Position numbers and translations under genes: made by a program. From Podarcis gaigeae (taxonomy: Eukaryota), in the NCBI GenBank assembly GCA_964106915.2, contig OZ066914.1: 64,000 bases of DNA. One strand, written 5' to 3'. Under the pieces are notes generated by a model. That model made no database searches. It had not been told where the DNA came from and was given only the letters and a program-made list of their open reading frames with translations. Within the stretch, counting starts at the first letter, position 1. Each line of letters opens with the position of its first letter. Of this stretch, positions 1-10,400 are shown piece after piece.

Positions 1-30
1 AACTGATCTTAATAATGTGTTTTTACATTG

Positions 31-975
31 CGGGCCCAGTCGCAGTGCTGCCAACCCCTCATTAGTGTCTATAAATTATTAATAACTCAGGCGGACAACA
101 ATCTGGATTAATATTGGCCACAACTTTATTGATTACAGAATGTATGTGGGATTTTGGCTCAGGCATTGGGTGTATCCATTCCAGCCTCCTGCAGGTGTGT
201 GCCAGGATTGTGGCCTCTCCAAGATGTCAGTCTACTGAGTTGGCCATCCTAAGGCTGCTGCTGGAAGCCTTATAGGCCAATCTGCTGCATGCTTAGCCTC
301 AGGACTGGGACATCCACCAAGACCCCTTTAACGAGGTACCCTGAAAACACCGCTGGATCATATTGGGTGATGCACCACTTCACCCCACGCTTGAAGACTA
401 GGATTCCACCCAATGCTTTAACTGCCAAAGTTAAGACAATTTGCTGCGAGGAAGGCAAAACCTCTAAACCGGCCAATTTGTCTACAGGGAAAATTCCTTC
501 CTGGCCCCAAATATAGCAAACGTGTGCAACCATAGCAAGGTTAGGAGATACACAGGAAACAAAATAAGGTTAAACTGTGAATGAAGGAACAGAGCATTGT
601 TAAAGCAGCAACCTGAAAGGCAGAAAACATTCTAGAACAAAATGAAATTGACCTGGAAAATAAAGAAGATTAACGATAAGAAGGGGTGGGGGTGGGGTTT
701 GTTTGCTTCTCCGCTGACTGTGCTGAGGCCGGACAGCGCTGCAGACTTTTATGCAGCCAATGCCCTCCCAGACTGCGAGGCACACCCACAAGGGAGGCCA
801 CTGATTGGCCCATTTAAGATGCTGCAGCAGGCGGGAACTTCCCAGATGTCTAGGCAGCTGGGGGGATTTCCCTAATGGCTGCCCGGACATGTGCGCTCTG
901 CTCTGACGGACCAGGGATGGCGGCTGAGCGCGAGAGGCCGCAACAGATGCCCACCCAGGAAGGGGTAAGCGTCCG
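31..975 (-). mobile_element. Putative non-autonomous DIRS/Ngaro-like (or LTR-like) retroelement inserted into an older L2-type 3' tail
   Basis: Minus strand reads: CpG-rich head, CCAAT (804-808), CATAAAA TATA-like box (747-753), CCCACCCCACCCC run, and AATAAAGTTGTGGCC (116-130) near the end, a signature I associate with vertebrate Ngaro/DIRS termini. TTG flanks both sides (28-30, 976-978). No intact ORF. Confidence 0.45.
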
Positions 976-978
976 TTG

Positions 979-1049
979 TTGTAAGTTGCCTTCGGATTTC
1001 ATAACGAAGGGTGGGTAAAAAATATCATAATAATAAATAAATAATAAAT
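979..1049 (+). mobile_element. L2-type LINE 3' tail remnant
   Basis: TGTAAGTTGCC...GAAGGGTGGGTAAAAAAT followed by a (TAA/TAAA)n tail, typical of squamate L2 ends. Confidence 0.45.
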
Positions 1050-2007
1050 AGCAACAGGAGCTATGTGTCTGCCTGGCAATAAATTGCATGTATAATGCCA
1101 ACACAATGCTATAGTGTGGTTCTAGATTGGTTAACTCAGAAAATAAGCCCACCAAGCTCATTGAGGCTTGCTTCCAAGTTCCAAGTAAGGTTGTACAGGT
1201 CTATATTATCATCTGCATGCTATAGGCTGTATTATTAATCCTCCTATTGTGTGTATGTGGGTGGGATGGGGTTCACAGGTAATTTGTAGCCAAAGAAAGA
1301 TTTGAACCAGGTCTCCTTGAACTCTGTATGCACAGTCAATGTGTACTCAGAACTCCGTGGGGTTATAATTTCAGCCTTAACCACTCGAGTGGCATTACTA
1401 CACTCCCTACTAGAAGAGGTAAAGTGGGATCAGGGGGTGACAAGTGGGGTAAATTGAGGGACATATTCAGGAAATGCCAGCATGGTGATTTTTCTTCCTA
1501 GTTTTAAATTTATCACACAGCTAATGTCAATATCATGTTTCCCTGGCTCTCCTTTCAAGAAGAAGTGATAGATGCTTCAAAGTAATAACCTTCAAGTGAA
1601 TGGTTTTCTTTTAAAAAAGGATGAAGAGGGAATATGAAATAGCATGAATATCATAGCAAATAACATAAGACCTAAACCTAAAACTCTGTTTGACAAAAGA
1701 GCATGAACAAAAATGTCAACAGATTATATTGCATTGTTATATGGAGAGAAATGTTTGGTGAAGCATATAGAAATTGTGCATTATGCTAAACAGGTGAAGT
1801 AAACATTATTTACCAGCTGTTGAGATGACAACTGAAAGTTATCTCTTGATTCACTCTTTCACTGGGGAAATGTATGATAAACGAAAAGAAAAAGGACATT
1901 TCTTTTCATGTAGTTGAATCCACCCCAAGAATTACTGCAATGAAAGCTGCAAAAGCTTCTTAACTATTGTGCCTTTAACACCCCATACTAAATAGGAATG
2001 ATTCTGT

Positions 2008-2397
2008 CTGATCGCCGAAGAATTGATGCTTTTGAATTATGGTGCTGGAGGAGACTCTTGAGAGTCCCATGGACTGCAAGAAGATCAAACCTCTCCATAC
2101 TGAAGGAAATCAACCCTGAGTGCTCACTGGAAGGACAGATTGTGAAGCTGAGGCTCCAGTACTTTGGCCACCTCATGAGAAGAGAAGACTCCCTGGAGAA
2201 GACCCTGATGTTGGGAAAGATGGAGGGCACAAGGAGAAGGGGACGGCAGAGGACGAGATGGTTGGATAGTGTTTTCGAGGTTACCAGCATGAGTTTGAGC
2301 AAACTGCGGGAGGCAGTGGAGGACAGAGGTGCCTGGCGTTCTCTGGTCCATGGGGTCACGAAGAGTCGGACACGACTAAACGACTAAACAACAACAA
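2008..2397 (+). mobile_element. Bov-B (RTE clade) LINE, 5'-truncated 3' fragment
   Basis: Translation DRRRIDAFELWCWRRLLRVPWTARRSN...LRLQYFGHLMRREDSLEKTLMLGKMEGTRRRGRQRTRWLD is the Bov-B ORF C-terminus. Ends GAGTCGGACACGACTAAACGACTAAA(CAA)n. Candidate TSD CTGTC at 2004-2008 and 2398-2402. Confidence 0.95.
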
Positions 2398-3075
2398 CTG
2401 TCATTGAAAATTTTTTTTTTTTTAAATCTTCATTTTCCAGATACTTCTGGTTTAAGCTCTGACAGTGTATACTTCACGAGCAGAGGGTTAAAGTGCATGA
2501 AATATAGTTGGTAAGATGGAAGTAATTTAAAATACCACCTTAGGGTTGTTAGCTACTTTCCCCCCTGAGATTTTTTACAGTATTCTAGTGGAGAGAAATT
2601 AATTATAGTCAGTCTTTTTCCTGCTTCTCCATGCCAGGGAAGCTTGTGCCTTTTGTTTTGTTTTTACTTTCTATGCAGCTGATTAAAGGCACAGGACGTG
2701 TATTAACAGACCAGGGTTATTAAAGAGGCAGGATATAAAAGGCAGGTAATAACTAATATCTGTTTTGTCATGTTTTTACATATAATCCATGCTGTAGCAT
2801 ACCAAAAGTAAGCACCTACAGATTAATATCTGAGTAGCTTTAAGAATGAACCAGAAAAACGGTATATTTTGTCTCTCTGACATAGCAGTGAGCCTAAAGT
2901 TCCTACTTGTTAGTAGCTACCGTACTTGGAATTTGGGGAGATGGGGCTTGGAAATTCTGGAATTACTAAGTGGCTGGGAGCTACAAGTGATCTCCTATTC
3001 ATGTAGTGAGAACCATCATATAGTGAGCTTTTCAGGAGCTACTGTATTGTTGTTAGTATCCTGTTTCTGCAAATT

Positions 3076-3566
3076 AATAATAATAATTATAATAATAATA
3101 ATAATTATACCCCGCCCACCTGGTTGGGTTTCTCCAGTTACTCTGGCCGGCTTACAGTACATATAAAACATATTAAAACATCAAATATTTAAAAACTCCT
3201 GATACAGGGCTGCCTTCAGATGTCTTCTAAAAATCAGACAGTTGTTCATTTCCTTGACATCTGATGGGAGGGCGTTCCACAGGGAGGGCACCACTACCAA
3301 GAAGGCTCTCTGCCTGGTTCCCTGTAACCTCACTCCTAGCAGTGTGGGAACTGCCGGAGGACCCTCGGAGGCTCAGTGTCTGGGCTGAGCGATGGGGGTG
3401 GAGACGCTCCTCCAGGTATACTGGGCCGAGGCTGTTTAAGGCTTTTAAGGTCAGCACTAACACTTTGAATTGTGCTTGGAAACGAACCGGGAGTCAGTGA
3501 AGATCCTTTAGGACCAGTGTTATATGGTCCTGGCAGCTGCTCCCAGTCACCACTCTAGCTGCCACA
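3076..3566 (-). mobile_element. L2-clade LINE 3' fragment
   Basis: Minus-strand peptide VLVLTLKALNSLGPVYLEERL matches L2 ORF2 C-terminal motifs; (TTA)n tail at 3076-3107. Confidence 0.85.
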
Positions 3567-4103
3567 ATTAAGTCAGCCCTGGTTAAGCTACATGTCAAAA
3601 CAATGTAATTAAGCAGAGGGAAACAAGCAAGGGAGGTACATCTGTCTTTCTTGTTCATTGGACCAGCTGCCACTGCTCCTCTTTCTTATTATTGTAAGGT
3701 TGCTAATTTGTTTTTGTCAAATCTTCCCCCCATGCCTTTAACAGCAATTTGATATGCAGGCATGGCTGGGCAATTACGCTTATTTTTCAGTTGTTTGAAA
3801 ACTTTACCTGCTGATTTTTGTAGAACAAAGCAGGGCAATTTTTTCCTTAGTCAAATGTGGAAACTAGGTTGTTAAGAGTTATGCAGAAGTAATTACAACA
3901 AACGTTAATATAAAAAAAACTTAATTTAGAATATATCCAAGAGCTCTGGACCATTTCTACCCCTCCCTAAAAATGGCCTCTACTAAGCCTGAAATAATAT
4001 TTCTGGAAAAAGAAGATAGGAAAAGACTATATAGGTGGAGGAACAAGGTAAGTTAAGTTCCACATTAGGACTCATAATGACCTTAAATACAAGGATAACA
4101 TTA

Positions 4104-4478
4104 AAGGTAAAGGATAAAGGGACCCCTGACCATTAGGTCCAGTCGTGACCGACTCTGGGGTTGCGGCGCTCATATCACTTTATTGGCTGAGGGAGCCAGC
4201 GTACAGCTTCCGGGTCATGTGGCCAGCATGACTAAGCTGTTTCTGGCGAACCAGAGCTGTGCACGGAAACGCTGTTTACCTTCCCGCCGGAGCGGTACCT
4301 ATTTATCTACTTGCACTTTGACGTGCTTTCGAACTGCTAGGTTGGCAGGAGCAGGGACCGGGCAACGGGCGCTCACCCCGTCGCGGGGATTCGAACCGCC
4401 GACCTTCTGATCGGCAAGTCCTAGGCTCTGCGGTTTAACCCACAACGCCACCCGTGTCCCTATGCCACCCACGTCCCT
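4104..4478 (-). mobile_element. Sauria SINE (Squam1/POM type), full length, with a short duplicated 5' end
   Basis: tRNA-derived head with B box GGTTCGAATCCC on the minus strand and (CCTTTA)n tail. Near-identical to copies at 23504 and 62767. TSD ACATTA at 4098-4103 and 4479-4484. Confidence 0.93.
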
Positions 4479-7400
4479 ACATTACATTACAGACCTCAAA
4501 TTCTTCTCTGGCCCATATTTGTATCTAAGCCAGAGAACAATCTTACCCCTTGCCCCATCTCCTATCCACACAGTCCCCATAGAATTCTAGTTTTGATTCA
4601 GATTCTGCTTGCCTTCCTGCCTCTTGTGCAGCAGTTTTTCCACAAGGCTCTGCATAGTTGTTTCCACTTCTGAACCACAGGCCTCTCAGTTCTTGGCCAA
4701 TAGTGTCTGATGGCATCATAGTGTGATCTATGCTACTGAGCTGCCTACTCATCCAAATACCATGGGTACTGTAGTCCCCAGAAAGCAATAGTGGAGAACG
4801 CATTGTCAAGGCTTTGCTAAGACCTCCAGGGATGCCCTTTTGTTGTATGGCAAGCAATCTAATGTCCCGTCCCCCCCTTTGAGAATGTGAATGATCCCTG
4901 CTGTGGCGAGATCATGAAAGCGCTAGTGAGAATGTACTGTTTTGAATGTTCTCTGTACTTACGTACTGAAAGATTGGCGGAGGAGAGAAAATTGTTAGGC
5001 AAGCTGTTTTAAGGGCACAGAGTCCTTTAGACGCAGTCATTCATCATTATTTCCTAAGCCATATCACAGAAGGTAGCACAATGTCTGTTCATCACATATT
5101 TATAGAAATGTGGAGTTGCACAAAGTACTGTGCTTCCACATCCACTTCTTGAAATGAAAGTAAGCAACCAAATTGATAATGGAGCTCTGTGTAATATAGA
5201 ATTAATTTGTATGCAATGACAAATTCATGTTCACACGTTTAGCTAATATTATATAAAAGTACGTGAAATGGTTACATCACAGGTCATCTTAGTATAGCAG
5301 CTTTTTTCTATTTAATGCTTTAAATTCTTATTTCTGGAGCTAAAAATACTGCTGTGTCAGTATGTCTTGGAGAAAAATGATTTCAATGTAGTACCTGCTG
5401 GAAATGGACAGTAATTTTAAAGGTGACATTTTCTGGCTCCTGGGTTTTTCTTAGCTAGGGGTGGGGAGGCGGAAGGACACAATCTTCAGTGAAAGGAAGA
5501 ACTGGGGAGTTTGTGAACAAAGAAGGGAAAAGATGAAAGCAAGACTGAAGGATGAGGAAGAAATGAGTGAGAGAGAAGGTGTGAAAGGGTCAGGTTGCTT
5601 ACTAGGAATGGCAAAGAAAAAGATCAAAGGACTAGAAGCCAAGTACTGGGAGGAGGGCAAGTGAGGGGGCAATCATTTTAAGCAGCTGGAGTGAAGACTG
5701 GAAAAAGAGAAGTAATAGGTTGCACTGTTGGCAAGGCAGATTGAAAGGACCCCAATAAGCGTTTGACAAAATTGTGTGCACAAGGTTGGGGTTATGGATG
5801 GTGGGTAGAAAACAGTGAAATCAAGTAACAATGTGGAAGACAGCACTCTGTCATTCGGACTAGAAGGTTGGGGGAAATGGGAATAAAGAAAGGTATTTAG
5901 CTGTTCTTGTTAGCTTTTGAGAGCCTACAGTCAAATGCCAGCCTTTCTTCCCAATTACATGGATTGAAGGCTTCTTAAAAAAAACCAGTGTAATACCAAC
6001 AAGGCTCATCCAAATGTAGGTGCCATAATTACAAACTTTCAAGCCTAAGTTGATGTTGGAAGAACTGCAAATTCCTGTGCAATGAATTTATTAAAGTGTC
6101 CATAATGACTGCAGTGCAAACCCAACCACTCATCATGGCAAAACCTCTAATGCAGGATTCTTCAACATTATATGGAACATTTACAGTATATAACCAAATA
6201 AACACCAGGTAAATGCTTAATATTAGCATTTTTTTTTACTACAAGGTGACTTCTCCCACCACTTTTTGGGCAATTCTTGAACAAAACCATAGCATCTGAT
6301 GCAAATACCACTCTTAAAGCAAGCTTATGAACAGGTGTCCCCTTACATTTACCTGCTGTGAAAATACCAAAAAAAGGACGTAAGACTATAATTAGACATT
6401 TGTGGTGTTGCAGTGCGTATCCATATACTCAGGAAATATTTGTTAAGGTGACAATCGTACTGGGGGTAGGGGGTTTCCTTATGATCACCCAGCCATTGTT
6501 TATATTTTATAAATGAACATGGCATTATTTTACCTAATCTTGCCAGTTTATAAATAATGGCTAAACAACTGTAGCTATTGCTGGAGAGTTAAAGCACCTG
6601 CTGTGGCTGTAGAGAACAATACAGGAGAGACATGTTTAATTGCATGTGGGGCAGATGAAGGCATCCGATTTTGCTGCTACAAGTTCACTGTCATTTCTTC
6701 TTTCTGTGCTCCTCCCAGCGGTCATTCAAACTAGGCAAGTTACTCCATCTGCTTTTCCAGATGGTGGCATAAAGAACTAGAAGTAGTTATCCAAAACCCA
6801 ATATGCCAAAAGCATATTTCTGTGGATGGGCTATAAGGAAAAAGATGGTCGCATCCACCACTTACTCCCACAAGAAAACTGAATACAAACCACTCCCATT
6901 GTTCATGGAGGAGCAGAATGTATTGAACATGACTGACATGCTGAATTGCAGTTATATTTTCTTCTTCTTTTGCTCCATGCTTGTTCTAACTTGGGTGTAA
7001 GCGTTTACCATCTATGTTGATTTCAAGGGAAATCCAGGGACTTAACAGTGAACCCCTAATTTCAGTGAAGAAATTGAGGTTTCTAGTACTAGATTCAACC
7101 CAAGCGAAGGGCATTAAAAGGACATACAAGGTTCTTTTCTCTATCTAATTTCAGTGATTGAATAAATCTGCAAAGCTCTAACAAGGACAAGGAGGATTTT
7201 CTGGGGGTGGAAAAAAGGGGAGACTGCCAAACACAACAGCTTGTTGGATTAAGCTCCAGGCTTAAATACACTTGCAAGTTTGTTTTTAGGGGATGGGCAA
7301 CTTTTTCAACACCAGTAGCCATACAAGACATGTAACATGAGCAAGGCAGTCAGATATATCTTGCATGCAAAATTTATACAGTTTTGCATACTGATCATTT

Positions 7401-10400
7401 GTATAAGCACATCTAGTTTTGACCCTTCTCTTATGAAGACACGACTGCTATTATGGCTTTGTAAAGAAACACACAGAACTAAAGAAGCAGAACTGGGGGA
7501 AAACTCTATGCTTTGGCCCATTCTCTCTTAGAAGGAAGGACTTTTTAATTCTATCATGGCTTTGTATTCTCTCTTAGGATGTCCCCTAGCTTGCTTACCA
7601 TTTCATCTCTCCCCACTACAAGTAGTTGACATCTGTTCCTCTTTCACCAGGACCAATTCTTGCATGTTCATTTTCCTTGGGAAGATCAGGTGACAAAATG
7701 ACATCACCTTCCCTGGATTGGCTGCAGTAGGAAGGAAAGCAAAGATGAACCACAAAAAATCCTGAACACATTTTAGAGAACTAAACAAGGCTCTATACAT
7801 AAGGGCACAATTCTGCTGTGTTAGAACTTGTTTTTAGAAACACAGTAATTATCTATACAAGCAATTGGACTCAATGAAGCACACAGATATGCTAAAATGC
7901 CTAGTTTAGGCATGGATGTTGGCAGCTATCAATTGCCTACTTAGCAAAATTGCTCTGGCAAGCAACCAGTACCAGAATTTGAGAATTCAGTAAAATTTAC
8001 AGTCCACATGATAGTACATTATTGTTATCATTTTCCTTTGGTAATTTGTGAATGTGGCTCTTTGACAACACCAAGGAAAACCGTTTTAAGATAGGTAGTG
8101 AACAATTTCTTCATTTATTTTTATGTATTAAAGTTCATTTAAATCCCACCTCTCTTCCATCATGGAAATTGGCCTACATGTGTTTGTTGCCTTGGGCTCC
8201 CTTTGGGAGAAGGGTGGGATATAAATTTAATAAACTAAGAAACAAACTCAAGGTAGCATACATGGGAGTGTCAGGTAGCCTGCCATTTAGGCACTAACTA
8301 GACTCAAACTGACTTCAATTCAGCAGGCAGCTCCACTATGTGCTCTCAGGCCATGCCTTGGGACCTTCATATTAATGAATCTCTTGTGTGTTTATTTTTG
8401 CATATACATTATTGCATATACTAAACTTCTTTGCATATTGTCCACCCTTGACTCACTAGTTTCCATTAATGGTCTACATGGTTATGCTACTTGAACCTCC
8501 CCAGTAGTAAGTAATTTTTTCATCATCATCATCAACAACAACAATTAATTGTCTTTGGAATCGAGAGCTGGCTGGTCACCTTAAACCTTGATTCATGTAA
8601 ACATAATAAAAAATAGAAAAAAATTGCAAACTGCAGTTGTGATCCTTTCCTAAAGTCAACAGCCAAGAATAAATTTAAAGACCTACTTCTAAGAACATCT
8701 GATTAACCAAAAGCGAGTATTGCCAGAGCTGCCATCCAAGGTAGCAGTAATTTGTGTTCACCAAGCTATGCAGCTCTGTAGCAAGATGTACTTATCTCTT
8801 CTGCTTATTGCATTTCCTCCACCCTAGTGACTTATTTTTCTTTCTTCACTAAAAATGCAAAGCCTGAGTAGGAAAGCAAATGTGTAATTGTATGTGCTCA
8901 TTAATCCCTCTTATACTAATTACACCCAGGGCAAGATAATTTTAGTTTCAGTTCAAGGCTGGTTTCTACAGAGCCTTGTTGAATTTTAAAAGATGCTTCT
9001 GACAAATAGCTTTAATTAGATTCTAGTGATGGTTCTGTTGTTTTGGGAACCTAATCTCCACAACCTTTTTGTCCATGAATATTTGGCAGTGGGGGAAACC
9101 CAAACTGCACTGTAATTCTCCAAAGAGCTCGTTGTACAGTGATAAGAAGGCTGCCAAAATTTCAGACAATGATACGTTTTGAATATGTATTCCTGGTGTT
9201 TTGAAATTTTCAGTCAGGGTTAATGTTCAATTCAGAAAGGCGGAGAAAGGTCCTGAACTTGCATGTCCTTTGGCTTTATCAAAAAGCTCACGGTGCATCA
9301 TTTATATTCAAATATTTTAAACTAATGCATATTAATAGGACTCAGCACAATGGGCCAGATGCTGTTGTGTGTAGCACAGTATGGAATGGAGAAGGTGGTG
9401 TGGAACACAGGGAAAGTGCCTCTGTATTGAAGAACAGGCTGCAATACCCCAGGGAGGTGGATTTTTCAATATGCAGGGAGGATAAAGTTACTGAACTCCA
9501 CATATGATAAGGGCATGGAGATATGATGTACTGAGCATCTTTAAAGAAAAACACCTCAATTCTAAGGTCATGTATACTTAAACATGCAGACTGGAGCATC
9601 ATACCTGCAACGGTCATTAGGCCGCCAACCGCCATGGTTCTTTGTCAACTGTATGTACACTCGAGGAGAATTTGGGCATCCCTCTGCAGAATGTGTGAAA
9701 AATTATTCCATCTAATATCCCATATTCATTTGCGACCTCCAAAGACTACAGAAAGTGGGGGAAATGTCATGGTGGGCAGTTTCATTATAAACATGTCTAA
9801 ATCCTCTCCTAGTGGAGAGGAGGAAGAGGTATTAATTTCAAGCACTTTGCATATATTAACTCAGTGCTTGCAACAGTCCTGTGAGGTAGTCCATGGCAGA
9901 TGTAGGACTGAGACAATAGTGGGTCACCAAAACATAGATGCTTTGGTCCTTATAATTTTTTCCTGATGCAACAACACACAGACAGGCAGGTCATAATAGA
10001 GGCTTTGATTTTGGAAGTTAAAGTAGATACTTGTTTAATTTTATGAGTCCTTGGAATAGAAGACAAACAAAAATTACTGATTCAATAATGACATAATATA
10101 ATAAAAATCACATGTATGCTTTCGCCAAGTTATAAAACCATTTGATCCAGCTGTAACAAAAACGTATAATAAATGAGGCAAACTTGCAAGAATTTATTGC
10201 AGACACAAGCCCCTTTCATCAGTCCCTTCTACCTGTACAGCTAATATGTATAAGAGGACAAGACCATGCCCACTGCCCCCATTCCCAGACCTGTTCCACA
10301 TGAAAAACTGAAAACACCTCCTATGTATGTTCACCTGTAAGCGCAGAAAGGCCCCTTCTGAGGCCTTAACTGTCCTTGCAGAGATCTCGAAGTGGGGCCG

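Noticed and set aside
289-516. PLTRY motif suggesting a tyrosine recombinase
   Set aside because: On the strand opposite the inferred element orientation, and no HSFRIG catalytic motif follows.
4183-4410. Recurrent ~75-aa ORF family (also 23554-23781, 62844-63071, 42418-42750)
   Set aside because: These are antisense translations of Sauria SINE copies, not a gene family.
6080-6215. Possible ROPN1-like exon (EFIKVSIMTAVQTQP, followed by CAG|GTAAAT)
   Set aside because: Similarity is too weak, there is no clear acceptor, and no other ROPN1 exons were found.
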